A DNA stretch of 64,000 nucleotides from an uncultured Actinomycetes bacterium (GCA_963736925.1 CAVTQP010000001.1:243297-307296), one strand, 5' to 3'; positions 19,306-29,564 are shown, counted from the stretch's first letter. The notes: generated from the sequence alone by a model not told the origin. Program-made: numbers and translations.

Positions 19306-19875
19306 TCAGGCGCTGGAAACGCTACCCGGGAGCTCGCAGCGGTCCGCGAAGCCCTGGCTCTTGAGCCCGAGCCCGCCATTGAACCTCGATCGGAAGTTCT
19401 CCAAGGCGACCCAGCTCGCCAGCTCCACGATCTCCTCCTCGCTGAAGTGCGTGTGAAGGCGTTGGAGGAGATCCTCGGAGATGGTCACCGGTGTGCCGGT
19501 GGCAGCTTCGGAATATTCGAGGACGGTCCGTTCGCGCTCGTCGTAGACAGCGGTTTCCCGCCAATTGGGCACCTGGCGCACCTTCTGGGGGTCCAAGCCC
19601 TGTTGGACCCCCTCGTAGTAGCCGAAGTCTGTGCACCATGAGCAGCCGATCTGCCCGGCGGATGCCTGAACGGCAAGCCAACGGAGGTGGGGGTCCAGCT
19701 TGTTCCAGCCACGCTCAGCAGCGATCTCCAAGGCCGCCATGGCGACCAACACCCCAGAGTGGTGAGCCGCCGCCATGGCGGGCTCGACAACCTCGCCGAA
19801 TCTGCGCCGGGAGTATTGGATCGCTGCCTTAGGAATGAGTCCTCGCGGGTGCTCCGCCAGGGATACATGAGCCAT
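19306..19875 (-). CDS. Carboxymuconolactone decarboxylase (AhpD-like) family protein
   Basis: CMD-family pattern including the CxxC-like GCSWCTDFG. The start was trimmed to MAHVSLAEHPRG. Confidence 0.83.
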   Translation of the reverse strand: MAHVSLAEHPRGLIPKAAIQYSRRRFGEVVEPAMAAAHHSGVLVAMAALEIAAERGWNKLDPHLRWLAVQASAGQIGCSWCTDFGYYEGVQQGLDPQKVRQVPNWRETAVYDERERTVLEYSEAATGTPVTISEDLLQRLHTHFSEEEIVELASWVALENFRSRFNGGLGLKSQGFADRCELPGSVSSA

Positions 19876-20093
19876 TTGTCTTCGACCCTTTCTTGGCACA
19901 TGGACGGAGGGCTCTCCGTCCCACTCATACTTGTCTTGCCCAGTTCGGGCGAAATGGGACCCCACTGTGTGACAGCCCACCCGAACCGGCTGACCTGGAG
20001 AAAGCCAGGCCACGAATACCATCGCCCAGGAGCCTGGCAGACCGGCAACCGAAGAACCGCGCTGCCGGCGGACCCAGAGCGGAGAGGCGAGAG

Positions 20094-22001
20094 ATGAGAC
20101 CAGGTGGTGGAGCCGCTTGGGGAACGATGCGTTCCCTTCGCAGAGACGACTCGGTAGTCAAGGCGCAGGTGGCGCCGGGGACGGCCCGGCGCATGCTCCG
20201 ATTCGCTCGTCCGTACCGACGAATCTTGGTCTTCTTCCTGGTCCTCATCGTGGCCGACGCAGTCATCGGGGCAGCCAACCCCTTGATCTACCGGGAGATA
20301 ATCAACAAGGGGATCCTCGGACACCGGACGAGCCTGGTGGTGGCGCTGGCGCTGGTGGTCGCCGGCCTCGCCGTAGCCGACACCTTCCTATCCATTGGAC
20401 AGCGATGGGTGTCCGCCAAGGTGGGCGAGGGCCTCATCTTTGACATGCGCTCGAAGGTGTTCGGCCATATCCAGCGGATGCCCATCGCGTTCTTCACGAG
20501 GACCCAGACGGGAGCTTTGATCAGCAGGCTCAACAACGACGTGCTGGGTGCTCAGCAGGCCTTCACCGACACCCTCTCTTCGGTGGTGTCCAACCTGGTA
20601 ACCGTCGGCCTGGTACTAGGCGCCATGATTCTCCTCTCGTGGCAGATAACGCTCGTCGCCCTCGCAATACTGCCCGTCTTCGTGGTTCCGGCCCGCAGGG
20701 TGGGCAGGCGGCTCTCGTCGATAACCCGGGAGTTCTATGTGCTCAACGCCGAGATGAACACCACCATGACCGAACGCTTCAACGTGGCCGGTGCGCTGCT
20801 GGTGAAGCTGTTCGGTCGGCCGCGCCGGGAACTTGACCGTTTCGAGGACAAGGCTGGGCGGGTTCGGGACATCGGAGTCACCCAGGCGATGTACGCGAGA
20901 TTCTTCATGGCCGCCCTGCTCTTGACGGCGTCGCTGGCCACGGCCCTGGTCTACGGATGGGGCGGGGTCCTCGCAGTCCGAGGTGCGCTCAGTGTCGGGA
21001 CGGTCGTAGCGCTCACGGCGTACCTGAACCGGCTATACGGTCCGCTGACAGCGCTCTCCAATGTTCAGGTGGATGTCATGACCGCGCTGGTGTCTTTCGA
21101 CCGCGTGTTCGAGGTTCTGGACCTTCCACCCATGCTGGCAGAAAAGCCCGATGCGAAGCCGGTTCCCCCCGGGCCCGGCCGTGTCGAGTTCGATCATGTG
21201 GACTTCAGCTATCCCACTGCGGACGAGGTGTCGCTGGCGTCCCTGGAGTCGGTGGCGGTTCTCGACACGATCCCGGCCCAGCAGGTTCTCTTCGACGTGA
21301 CATTCACGGCCGAGCCGGGTCAGCTGGTGGCTCTGGTCGGACCGTCTGGGGCCGGCAAGACGACCATCAGCCACTTGGTGCCCCGGCTCTACGACGTCAG
21401 ATCCGGCACTGTCAAGGTCAACGGTCTGGACGTACGCGACGCCACCCTGGAGTCGCTTGCGGCCACGGTGGGGGTGGTCACCCAGGAGGCGCACCTGTTT
21501 CACGAGACCATCAGGTACAACCTGGCTTACGCCAAACCGGGCACGACAGAAGAGGAGATGATCGACGCGCTTCGAGGTGCACAGATACTCGATCTGGTGC
21601 GTTCGCTGCCCGAAGGACTGGACACGGTGGTAGGTGATCGGGGTTACCGGCTCTCGGGCGGGGAGAAGCAGCGGCTGGCCATCGCCAGGCTGCTCTTGAA
21701 GGCGCCCCAGGTGGTTGTTCTGGACGAGGCCACGGCACACTTGGATTCCGAGTCGGAAGCGGCGGTGAAGGAGGCGCTCGGTGTAGCGCTCTCGGGGCGG
21801 ACATCTCTCGTGATAGCGCATCGCCTGTCCACCGTCAGAGGGGCCGACCTCATCCTGGTCGTGGATCACGGTCGGATCGTGGAGAGCGGCCTGCATGACG
21901 AGCTGCTGGCCGCTGGCGGGCTTTATTCCGATCTGTACCGTATCCAGTTCGCTAGCCAGGCCGCCGGAGACGAACCCGGCGAGGAGCTTGCCACAGCCTG
22001 A
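20094..22001 (+). CDS. ABC exporter, fused permease/ATPase (MsbA/MdlB-like)
   Basis: Six-TM exporter domain followed by Walker A (GPSGAGKTT), signature (LSGGEKQR) and Walker B (VVVLDEAT). Start uncertain: ATG at 20094 or 20127. Confidence 0.88.
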   Translation: MRPGGGAAWGTMRSLRRDDSVVKAQVAPGTARRMLRFARPYRRILVFFLVLIVADAVIGAANPLIYREIINKGILGHRTSLVVALALVVAGLAVADTFLSIGQRWVSAKVGEGLIFDMRSKVFGHIQRMPIAFFTRTQTGALISRLNNDVLGAQQAFTDTLSSVVSNLVTVGLVLGAMILLSWQITLVALAILPVFVVPARRVGRRLSSITREFYVLNAEMNTTMTERFNVAGALLVKLFGRPRRELDRFEDKAGRVRDIGVTQAMYARFFMAALLLTASLATALVYGWGGVLAVRGALSVGTVVALTAYLNRLYGPLTALSNVQVDVMTALVSFDRVFEVLDLPPMLAEKPDAKPVPPGPGRVEFDHVDFSYPTADEVSLASLESVAVLDTIPAQQVLFDVTFTAEPGQLVALVGPSGAGKTTISHLVPRLYDVRSGTVKVNGLDVRDATLESLAATVGVVTQEAHLFHETIRYNLAYAKPGTTEEEMIDALRGAQILDLVRSLPEGLDTVVGDRGYRLSGGEKQRLAIARLLLKAPQVVVLDEATAHLDSESEAAVKEALGVALSGRTSLVIAHRLSTVRGADLILVVDHGRIVESGLHDELLAAGGLYSDLYRIQFASQAAGDEPGEELATA

Positions 22002-22063
22002 GTTCGCCTACCCCGGACCCGACCAGGGACGCCTCCGCGTGCTGCGGGTAGCCTTTCTTATCG

Positions 22064-23077
22064 ATGGAAGGAATCGCTCCTCCGGTTACCCAGCCACTGC
22101 TGTCTCGCTGGAAGGAGGTTCTCACCACCAGCAATCCTCCGGCGGGCCACCTCGACCCCGTGTCCAAGTGGCTGGTTCTGACCCGAGCGGCAGTGCTGCC
22201 GATGACCGTAACCGCCGGAGCCGTGGCGGGCCTGCTGGCGCTGAACCAGGTTGGGTTCCGCCCGGGCCTCTATCTCATCGCGCTGCTCGGGATCGTTCTC
22301 GCTCATCTGGCCAACAACCTCATGAACGACCTGTTCGATCTCGAGGTGGGTGCCGACACGTCGTCTTACCCCCGCGCTCTTTACGCGCCGCACCCCGTTC
22401 TCTCGGGGATGATCTCCCGCCGAGGGCTGGGCGTCGCCGCCCTGGTTGTGAACTCTGCCGACCTCGCCATCCTGTTGGTGCTGTTTGCCTATCGCGGATG
22501 GCCCATGCTGGCGTTCGGGGTGGGCGGGTTCTTGCTCAGCGTGGCCTACACCGCTCCACCCTTGCGGCTGAAGAAGCGAGGGCTGGGAGAGGTCGATGTG
22601 CTCGCCGTGTGGGGGCCCTTGATGGTCGGCGGTACGTACTTCTCGGCTGTCGGGTCGATCCCCTGGCACGTCGCGGTGGCGTCACTGCCCTACGGCCTCC
22701 TGTGCACCGCCGTGCTCATGGGCAAGCACATCGACAAGGCAAGGTGGGACGGTCCGGCCGGGACCCGCACGCTGCCTGTGATCTTGGGAGAGCGACTGGC
22801 CCGGACGCTGACGCAGTGGATGATGGCCGGCTTCTATCTCATCATCGCCGTGCTCGTCGGCCTGGGTTCCCTGCCCTGGACCACGCTTGCGGCCTTGGGA
22901 GGACTCACGGTCTTGGGGCGCGTGTGGAAGGTCTTCGACAATCCCCGCCCCGAGCGACCGCCCGCGGGTTTCCCCGTGTGGCCTTTGTGGTTCGCCGCCG
23001 TGGCCTTCTTGCACACCCGCCGCGCCGGTGCGCTCTTGGTGCTGGGGTTGGCGGTGGGCGCCGCGCTGGGATACTGA
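22064..23077 (+). CDS. UbiA-family prenyltransferase (MenA-like)
   Basis: Polytopic membrane protein with the UbiA Asp-rich motif (NNLMNDLFDLEVGAD) and a second conserved region. Confidence 0.84.
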   Translation: MEGIAPPVTQPLLSRWKEVLTTSNPPAGHLDPVSKWLVLTRAAVLPMTVTAGAVAGLLALNQVGFRPGLYLIALLGIVLAHLANNLMNDLFDLEVGADTSSYPRALYAPHPVLSGMISRRGLGVAALVVNSADLAILLVLFAYRGWPMLAFGVGGFLLSVAYTAPPLRLKKRGLGEVDVLAVWGPLMVGGTYFSAVGSIPWHVAVASLPYGLLCTAVLMGKHIDKARWDGPAGTRTLPVILGERLARTLTQWMMAGFYLIIAVLVGLGSLPWTTLAALGGLTVLGRVWKVFDNPRPERPPAGFPVWPLWFAAVAFLHTRRAGALLVLGLAVGAALGY

Positions 23078-23079
23078 CG

Positions 23080-23100
23080 ACCGACGATGTCGTCGGTTCT
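23080..23100 (+). terminator. Putative intrinsic terminator after the prenyltransferase gene
   Basis: 7-bp stem ACCGACG/CGTCGGT, loop ATGT, followed by TCTTC. It starts 3 nt after the TGA stop. Confidence 0.4.
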
Positions 23101-23215
23101 TCGCAAGTTGGACCCATTCTCGGGCGGAGCCGCAAAACAGACTCAAACCTGTTTGAGAGTCTGATGCTCGAGACCCTGGCTCCGCAGAGACCTGCGCTTG
23201 GCGTAGCGTGAGGCA

Positions 23216-24847
23216 GTGAGCAGGACAGACGTCACGGGTGAGAGCCGTCCGTCGCGTGTCCTGGTTGGCCGCTATCGACTGGCGGGCTTGGTGGCCAGAG
23301 GTGGCATGGCCGAGGTGTGGGAGGGTCATGACGATCTGCTAGCCCGACCGGTGGCCGTGAAGATTCCCCTGCCTCATCTGGCGGGAGAGGAGGCCTTCGT
23401 GGCCCGGTTCCGCCGAGAGGCCATAGCCGCCGCACGGCTCAGTCATCCCAACGTTGTATCGATCTATGACACGGGAACCGACGGCGAGGACAGCTTCATT
23501 GTCATGGAGCTGGTCCGAGGACCCACCTTGCGGGAGATCCTGGCCAAGGAGGGTCCCAGGAGTCCGGGCGAGGCCGTGGCCATCGCCTCGCAGGTCGCAT
23601 CCGCCCTTGACTTCGCCCATCGGGCCGGCATCGTTCACAGGGACATCAAGCCGGCGAACATTCTTGTGGCCGAGGACGGCACGGCCAAGGTCGCCGATTT
23701 CGGGATCGCCAAGGCAGGCCACGACACCACCGTCACCAGGGCGACTGTTGGAACTGCGCGCTACCTGTCGCCGGAGCAGGTGGAGGGGACCCGTCCAGAC
23801 GGTCGCTCGGACGTCTACTCCCTCGGTGTGGTCCTCTACGAGATGCTCTGTGGGCGCCCCCCGTTCGAGGCCGACAACGAGCTGGCCCTGGCCTTGAAGC
23901 ACGTGAGGGCGCAGGTGGTGCCTCCGTCAGCGCTGGTGCCCTCGGTGCCGGAGTGGCTCGAGGCGGTGGTCATGAGAGCGCTGTCCAAGGATCCGGCCGA
24001 ACGCTTCCAGACCGCCGGAGAGATGAGGAAGGTGCTGATAGGAGGTCCGGGCTACGCCCCTGGCGCCGACCGGGGCTCAGCTCTCCCGTATCTACGCGGT
24101 GGCGAGACGGTCAGGCTCCCGGCGGCAGCAGGGGCGGCCGACTCGCCGACAGTGGCGGACCGCCGCTTCGTCGCCTCACCCTCAGGCTCAAACCCGGCAA
24201 GCCAGGTTCGGGGTGGAGGGACGGCGGACGGGGTCCTCCCGGTGGAGCGCGGGACCAGGCCGGAGGCCGGTCGCGGCGGACGGCGCGCCTTGCCTTGGGT
24301 GGCGGGGATCGTTGCACTCGCGGCGGTGGGGGTCGGGCTGTTTCTGGCGCTTCGTCTGAGCGGCTCCACGTCCTCCCGGCACTCTCCTACGGCCCCCACG
24401 ACAGCGGCCACCTCTGCCGTTCCCATAACAGGGGCACAGCTGTTCGATCCCAATGGAGACGGCACGGAGGACCAGTCGCGCATACCCAACCTCATTGACA
24501 ACCAGGCCAGCACGGCCTGGACATCCGAGCACTACAACAGTCAAACGTTCGGCAACCTCAAGCCAGGATTGGGCTTCATTTTGCAGCTCCAGGGGTCGGA
24601 GCAGCTGAACAGCCTCATCGCGATGTCCTCCACCACGGGATACAACGCGAGCGTCTATGTCTCCGATCGGACACATCCCAGCATCCAGGGATGGGGAGCG
24701 CCTGTAGCAAACCGCTCCGACGTCGGCCCGCTCACCACCTTCAACTTGGCTGGACACCGAGGGTCGGTAGTGCTCTTCTGGGTCAACCGACTCGGACCGG
24801 ATCAGATGCTGAAGATCGGCGAGCTTCGCGTCACGGGCAGCGGCTGA
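23216..24847 (+). CDS. Ser/Thr protein kinase with a TM segment and an extracellular C-terminal domain
   Basis: GTG start. Hanks kinase motifs (VAVK, HRDIKPANIL, DFGIA, SPEQ), one TM (ALPWVAGIVALAAVGVGLFLAL), and a C-terminal ~140-aa beta-rich sensor-like domain. Confidence 0.9.
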   Translation: MSRTDVTGESRPSRVLVGRYRLAGLVARGGMAEVWEGHDDLLARPVAVKIPLPHLAGEEAFVARFRREAIAAARLSHPNVVSIYDTGTDGEDSFIVMELVRGPTLREILAKEGPRSPGEAVAIASQVASALDFAHRAGIVHRDIKPANILVAEDGTAKVADFGIAKAGHDTTVTRATVGTARYLSPEQVEGTRPDGRSDVYSLGVVLYEMLCGRPPFEADNELALALKHVRAQVVPPSALVPSVPEWLEAVVMRALSKDPAERFQTAGEMRKVLIGGPGYAPGADRGSALPYLRGGETVRLPAAAGAADSPTVADRRFVASPSGSNPASQVRGGGTADGVLPVERGTRPEAGRGGRRALPWVAGIVALAAVGVGLFLALRLSGSTSSRHSPTAPTTAATSAVPITGAQLFDPNGDGTEDQSRIPNLIDNQASTAWTSEHYNSQTFGNLKPGLGFILQLQGSEQLNSLIAMSSTTGYNASVYVSDRTHPSIQGWGAPVANRSDVGPLTTFNLAGHRGSVVLFWVNRLGPDQMLKIGELRVTGSG

Positions 24848-24857
24848 GGCGTGGGTC

Positions 24858-25802
24858 TCAGACGCTGAAGCGGATGATGAGGATTCCTCCTACGGCCAGG
24901 CAGTAGATCCCGAAGGGGGTCAGCGTCCTGGTTTGGAACCAGCGCACGAGAAAGCGGACCGACAGATATGCGGCGATGGCGGCTGCCACGCTGCCGGCCA
25001 ATATCTGACCCCGAACCCCGTTCCCGTTCGGCCCCGCCAAATCCGGAATCTTGTAGAGCCCCGCGAGGAAGATGATCGGGGTGGCCAGCAGGAAGGAGAA
25101 CCGGGCTGCGTCGGCATGGCTGAGTCCCCTCAGCAGGCCTGCCACCATCGTGATGCCAGAGCGGCTGATGCCGGCGAACAGAGGAAAGATCTGAGCGACC
25201 CCGACGAAGCCCGCCTCACGGAACTCCAAGGTCGAGAGCCTTCTTTGGCCACCCCTACTTGCGGGATTGGCAACAGCCAGCTGGGTGACCTCCTCTCTGC
25301 GGCGTAGGCGCTCGCCGCCCAAGAGGATGAAGCCATTGATCAGGAGGAACACCGATGCCGCCAGCGGCTTGGCGAACACCGTACGCAGCTCGTGCTCGAA
25401 TACGAGCCCCACCACGCCGGCGGGAATGGTGGCGACGACCAGCAACCAGGCGAGCCGCTCATCGGAGGTCTCGATGGTGCGGCGGCGCAGAGAGCGGAAC
25501 AGTCCTTTGATGATTCGAACCCAGTCCTCCCGAAAGAAGAAGAGGAGCGCGAGCGCGGTCGCCATGTGGAGGGCTACCAGAAACGCCAGGAAGTACGACT
25601 CGTCGGCGCTTTGGGCCGCTACCAGCGAGTCCCAACCGAAGAGCTTGGGGATCACCACCGAGTGTCCCAGACTGGACACAGGAAACAACTCGGAGACCCC
25701 TTGAAGCAGACCCATGAAGATGGCCTGGAAGAAGCTCACCTTGCCTGCCCCGTCACCGAGGCTCAGCGCGGCGCCAGACACAGGCTGGTTCGGCCCGGGC
25801 AT
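24858..25802 (-). CDS. uppP: Undecaprenyl-diphosphate phosphatase
   Basis: BacA/UppP motifs (GLLQGVSELFPVSSLGHS ... SRSGITM), polytopic membrane protein. Confidence 0.9.
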   Translation of the reverse strand: MPGPNQPVSGAALSLGDGAGKVSFFQAIFMGLLQGVSELFPVSSLGHSVVIPKLFGWDSLVAAQSADESYFLAFLVALHMATALALLFFFREDWVRIIKGLFRSLRRRTIETSDERLAWLLVVATIPAGVVGLVFEHELRTVFAKPLAASVFLLINGFILLGGERLRRREEVTQLAVANPASRGGQRRLSTLEFREAGFVGVAQIFPLFAGISRSGITMVAGLLRGLSHADAARFSFLLATPIIFLAGLYKIPDLAGPNGNGVRGQILAGSVAAAIAAYLSVRFLVRWFQTRTLTPFGIYCLAVGGILIIRFSV

Positions 25803-25865
25803 GCCGACAGGATAGAGGTGGGCCTCTAGCAGTGGGCAACACCCCTCCCGATGCCGCCTGCCCCC

Positions 25866-26651
25866 TCAGGCCGCCGCCCGGGCCGTGTGATCCCTCCCCG
25901 CGTGCCCCGACAGGCAGCAGCTTGCGAACTCGAACGGTTTCTGCGTCTGTGCTCGCCAGTAGTCACGGACATGAGGACCGTAGGAAGGATCGACGACTCG
26001 CGCGACGGTAAGGATCGCGAGGACGTGCGCCCCGGCCAGCTGGAGGGAGGAGGCCGCGGCCTGGGCTCTGGCCCCGCTAGTGTAGGTATCCTCCACCAGC
26101 ACGATTCGAGAGCCCTCGACGCGACACTTGGTGATGAATCCGTCATCGGTGGCCACCCCGTGGGCCAGCTGCCCCGGTCCTCTGGCGAGGACGTGACGGT
26201 GCTGCGCGGCCAACCAGGGTACGAGCACCGCCGCGGTGGCCAAGGGGCGCGTCCTCGGACGGTCACCAGGGAACTTGGAGGACGGGACCGTGGTCAACAA
26301 GTCCCAACGACTCCCGAGCGCTTCGACTAGGCAGTCACCGTGGTCGAAGAGGAACCGGGCCAGCATCGAAACCACGAGCGCCGAGTATCTGAGACGCACA
26401 GCCGGTGTCGCGCCGTCCTTGTACTTGCGGAGGGCGTCGTGGAGAGGGCCCGGCACGCGACAGAGGCTGATGGGGACCACGCGAGGGCAGGGCCTGGCAA
26501 TGTCGGTCATGACACGTGAGCAGCTCCAACAGTTGTCGAAGCCCAACCTTGCTGGCCCGTGGCAGACGGAGCAGACACCAGACCCGCCGTTAGGTACGGG
26601 GACGCACATAGCTGCCAGTGGCTCGGTAAGGGAATGGACGCTCGGCACCAC
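25866..26651 (-). CDS. ComF-like phosphoribosyltransferase-domain protein
   Basis: N-terminal Cys pairs (CSVCHG...CWSC) followed by a PRPP-binding loop (IVLVEDTYTSGARA). The start is uncertain: GTG at 26651/26648 or ATG at 26609. The long upstream extension of the ORF was rejected. Confidence 0.68.
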   Translation of the reverse strand: MVPSVHSLTEPLAAMCVPVPNGGSGVCSVCHGPARLGFDNCWSCSRVMTDIARPCPRVVPISLCRVPGPLHDALRKYKDGATPAVRLRYSALVVSMLARFLFDHGDCLVEALGSRWDLLTTVPSSKFPGDRPRTRPLATAAVLVPWLAAQHRHVLARGPGQLAHGVATDDGFITKCRVEGSRIVLVEDTYTSGARAQAAASSLQLAGAHVLAILTVARVVDPSYGPHVRDYWRAQTQKPFEFASCCLSGHAGRDHTARAAA

Positions 26652-26701
26652 ACACCACCAGTTGTCGCGCTTGCCTGCGTGGTCGGATGGCGCCGGGCGC
26701 C

Positions 26702-27217
26702 TTACGCCTCTCGGTGCAGAAGGAAGGTACCCGTGGACCGGCTGATCAGTTGTCCCGCGTGGTCCCTCACCGTGGCCTCGGCGTAGGCCACCTGGCGGGC
26801 CAGTCGCGCCACCGAGCCACGTACCTCCAGCTTCTGACCGGCCCCAGCCGCCCGCATGGTCTCGGTCTTCATCTCGAGGGTGGCGCGGGTGCGGTCTCCT
26901 CCCTCCAGGGAGGAGTTGACGGCGAAGTTCATGGCAGCGTCCAGCACCACCGAATGGACGCCTGCTTGGACGACCCCGTGCGGGTTGCAGGCCAGGTCGG
27001 ACGGGATCCACTCGGCCGCGGCCCAGCCGCCTTCCTCGTCCGCACCGTAGGAGGTGAAGGAAACCCCGATGGCACCTATCACCTTCATCCCACCATCGCC
27101 CAGCCAACGGTCCATGTCCTTCACGGCGCACACGGTAGCAATCGGCTGTGACGACGCCGGGTTGGCCGTTTCTCGCTCAACGACCGTACGGTTGACCTTC
27201 CTGCGGGAGGGATGCAC
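26702..27217 (-). CDS. PaaI-family hotdog-fold thioesterase
   Basis: Hotdog pattern (NPHGVVQAGVHSVVLDAAMNFAV ... GQLISRSTGTFLL). Start uncertain: GTG at 27217 or ATG at 27115. Confidence 0.74.
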   Translation of the reverse strand: MHPSRRKVNRTVVERETANPASSQPIATVCAVKDMDRWLGDGGMKVIGAIGVSFTSYGADEEGGWAAAEWIPSDLACNPHGVVQAGVHSVVLDAAMNFAVNSSLEGGDRTRATLEMKTETMRAAGAGQKLEVRGSVARLARQVAYAEATVRDHAGQLISRSTGTFLLHREA

Positions 27218-27284
27218 ACTCTTGACCTGCCCGGACCGGTGATCCCCACCGACGGGCGATCCCCCGAGGACCCGAGGAGTAGCC

Positions 27285-28463
27285 ATGGCCAGCGCAGTGA
27301 TCGTCGACGCCGTCCGCACGGCGGGGGGCAAGCGAAACGGCAAGCTGCGCGGCTGGCATCCGGTCGATCTGGCAGCGGAGGTGCTGGATGCCGTTGTCAC
27401 CCGCAACGACCTCGATCCCTCCGTCGTGGAGGACGTGATCATGGGCTGTGTGATGCAGGTGGGCGAGCAGGCGGTGAACGTGGGGCGCAACGCGGTCCTG
27501 GCGGCGGGCTTCCCGGAGAGCGTGTGTTCGACGAGCATAGACAGACAGTGTGGGTCGTCCCAGCAGTCGGCACATTTTGCTGCCCAGGGTGTCATGGCGG
27601 ACGCTTACGACGTGGTCATCGCGGCCGGGGTCGAGTGCATGACCCGGACCCCTATGGGGGCGTCCATGGTCTCCGGACTGGGTATGCCCTTCGGGCCCAG
27701 GATGATGGAGCGATACGCGCCGGTCGGAGGTTTGGTCCCCCAGGGGATCTCGGCCGAGCTGATCGCCGACAAATGGGGGTTGTCTCGCGAGGATCTGGAC
27801 GCCTTCAGCATGACCAGCCACCGCAAGGCTGCGACGGCGCAAGCGGAGGGGCGCTTCGAGCATGAGATCGTGCCGGTGGCGGTCAAGGACGACGAGGGCA
27901 AGGAGACCACCGAGATCGTGGACTCCGACGAGGGCGTTCGGCCAGACACCGACCTCCTGGGCCTCGCCAAGCTGAAGCCGGCCTTCAAGCCCGACGGCAA
28001 GGTGACCGCCGGGAACTCCTCCCAGATCACGGACGGGGCTGCTGCCCTGTTGGTCATGTCGGAGGAACGGGCGTCCTCGCTCGGACTCACACCCAGAGCA
28101 AGGTTTCACTCCTTCGCCCTGGCAGGGGTCGACCCGGTCACGATGCTGACCGGTCCCATCCCCGCCACGTCCAGGGTGCTCGAGCGCTCGGGTCTATCGC
28201 TCGATCAGATTGACCTGATCGAGATCAACGAGGCGTTCGCCTCGGTCGTGCTGGCATGGGAGGCCGAGATGCATCCCGACATGGGCAAGGTGAACGTGAA
28301 CGGCGGTGCCATCGCCTTGGGTCACCCGCTTGGTTGTTCGGGCGCCAAGCTCATGTCCACCCTGCTGAACGAGTTGGAGAGGACCGGCGGCCGCTACGGA
28401 CTCCAGACCATGTGCGAGGGGGGTGGAATGGCCAACTCCATGATCATCGAGCGGCTTGGTTGA
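27285..28463 (+). CDS. Acetyl-CoA C-acyltransferase (thiolase)
   Basis: Thiolase active-site regions (SIDRQCGSSQQ, NEAFASV, NGGAIALGHPLGCSGA). 392 aa. Confidence 0.92.
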   Translation: MASAVIVDAVRTAGGKRNGKLRGWHPVDLAAEVLDAVVTRNDLDPSVVEDVIMGCVMQVGEQAVNVGRNAVLAAGFPESVCSTSIDRQCGSSQQSAHFAAQGVMADAYDVVIAAGVECMTRTPMGASMVSGLGMPFGPRMMERYAPVGGLVPQGISAELIADKWGLSREDLDAFSMTSHRKAATAQAEGRFEHEIVPVAVKDDEGKETTEIVDSDEGVRPDTDLLGLAKLKPAFKPDGKVTAGNSSQITDGAAALLVMSEERASSLGLTPRARFHSFALAGVDPVTMLTGPIPATSRVLERSGLSLDQIDLIEINEAFASVVLAWEAEMHPDMGKVNVNGGAIALGHPLGCSGAKLMSTLLNELERTGGRYGLQTMCEGGGMANSMIIERLG

Positions 28464-28475
28464 AGCTTTGGGCCG

Positions 28476-28496
28476 TTCTCCACAATCTGTGGATAA
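28476..28496. promoter_or_regulatory. Near-perfect 21-bp palindrome made of two inverted DnaA-box-like 9-mers
   Basis: TTCTCCACA-ATC-TGTGGATAA. The right half is the exact complement of the consensus TTATCCACA. It lies in the convergent spacer between the thiolase gene and crgA. Confidence 0.3.
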
Positions 28497-28569
28497 GCCT
28501 GGGGAGCATCACAAGCGTGTAACTAACGGTTCACCAAAGCTTTACCCCTTAGGTCCTGGTAGTTGGACG

Positions 28570-28860
28570 TCAGCGGTATCTGGTGGCGGTAAGGAACCCG
28601 GCGAAGATCAACGCCAATCCGGCCAGGAGGTACCAGTTGCTTGCCCCTCCGGGCAAGACGCCCAGATAGTTGAGAAGGACGCACAGCAGACCCCCGAGGA
28701 GGAGGACGAACATCAGCACCGGCACCCACCGAGGGCTGACCTTGTGCTCCCGAGGTACCGGAGGGGTGTAGCGACCGGACGCCTTAGGGGTCACCCTTCC
28801 CCCCGGTGCGCTCTTTCGCCGGCTCTGCCGCGATCTGGGCTTGCCGGTCCTCGGCGCCAT
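28570..28860 (-). CDS. crgA: Cell division protein CrgA
   Basis: Small protein with two TM segments and the CrgA signature (GRYTPPVP...SPRWVPVLMFVLLLGGLL...NWYLLAGLALIFAGFLTATRYR). The start was trimmed to MAPRTGK. Confidence 0.85.
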   Translation of the reverse strand: MAPRTGKPRSRQSRRKSAPGGRVTPKASGRYTPPVPREHKVSPRWVPVLMFVLLLGGLLCVLLNYLGVLPGGASNWYLLAGLALIFAGFLTATRYR

Positions 28861-28909
28861 GGACCACGAGGATAGGGCGCTTCGCCATCGGACGGTATCG
28901 TCCATGTCA

Positions 28910-29485
28910 ATGGGCCAGCGGGTACTAGTCATCGACAACTACGACTCATTCGTCTACAACCTGGTCCAGTACCTGGGTGCGCTGGGGGCCGAGCCTGTGG
29001 TGTTCCGGAACGACGAGGTGACGGTTGAAGACGTGCAGGGGGTCGGGGCTGCGGGGCTGGTGATCTCACCCGGCCCCGGTCGACCCGAGAGCGCCGGGAT
29101 CAGCATGGACCTGGTCAAGACGGCGGGACGCCGCCTCCCGACTCTGGGAGTCTGCCTCGGATATCAGTGCATCGCCGCGGCGCTTGGGGCCGAGGTCGTG
29201 GCGGCTCCAGAGCTGATGCACGGAAAGACCTCGATGGTCCATCACAGCGGGCTCGGTGTCCTGAGGGGCCTGCCGGATCCGTTCGAAGCCACCCGGTATC
29301 ACTCTCTCGTCGTCGAAAGGACGTCGCTGCCGCGGGAGATCGAGGTGACTGCGGAGACCGATGAGCGGACCTTGATGGGCATCCGCCACAGTTCCTTGCC
29401 ATTGGAAGGCGTTCAGTTCCATCCTGAGTCGATCCTGACCGGGGTCGGGCACCGACTGATCGAGAACTTCGTCGCTGGGCTGTGA
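28910..29485 (+). CDS. trpG: Glutamine amidotransferase of anthranilate/aminodeoxychorismate synthase
   Basis: Class I GATase triad context (LGVCLGYQC, VQFHPES). It is divergent from crgA, as in other actinobacteria. The start is ATG at 28910 or 28904. Confidence 0.87.
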   Translation: MGQRVLVIDNYDSFVYNLVQYLGALGAEPVVFRNDEVTVEDVQGVGAAGLVISPGPGRPESAGISMDLVKTAGRRLPTLGVCLGYQCIAAALGAEVVAAPELMHGKTSMVHHSGLGVLRGLPDPFEATRYHSLVVERTSLPREIEVTAETDERTLMGIRHSSLPLEGVQFHPESILTGVGHRLIENFVAGL

Positions 29486-29564
29486 GGTAACGCTCCGCCA
29501 ACGATCCTCGGGGGGCGCGTTAGCCGAGCGGGGGCACAGGACGGTAGTGATGGGAGCGGGGGTT

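Noticed and set aside
25866-27595. A 421-aa ORF (25866..27131) and a 297-aa ORF (26702..27595) that overlap each other extensively.
   Set aside because: Their N-terminal halves are Arg/Gly-rich and overlap neighbouring genes. Only the C-terminal parts show family features (ComF-like PRTase and PaaI thioesterase), so the starts were trimmed.
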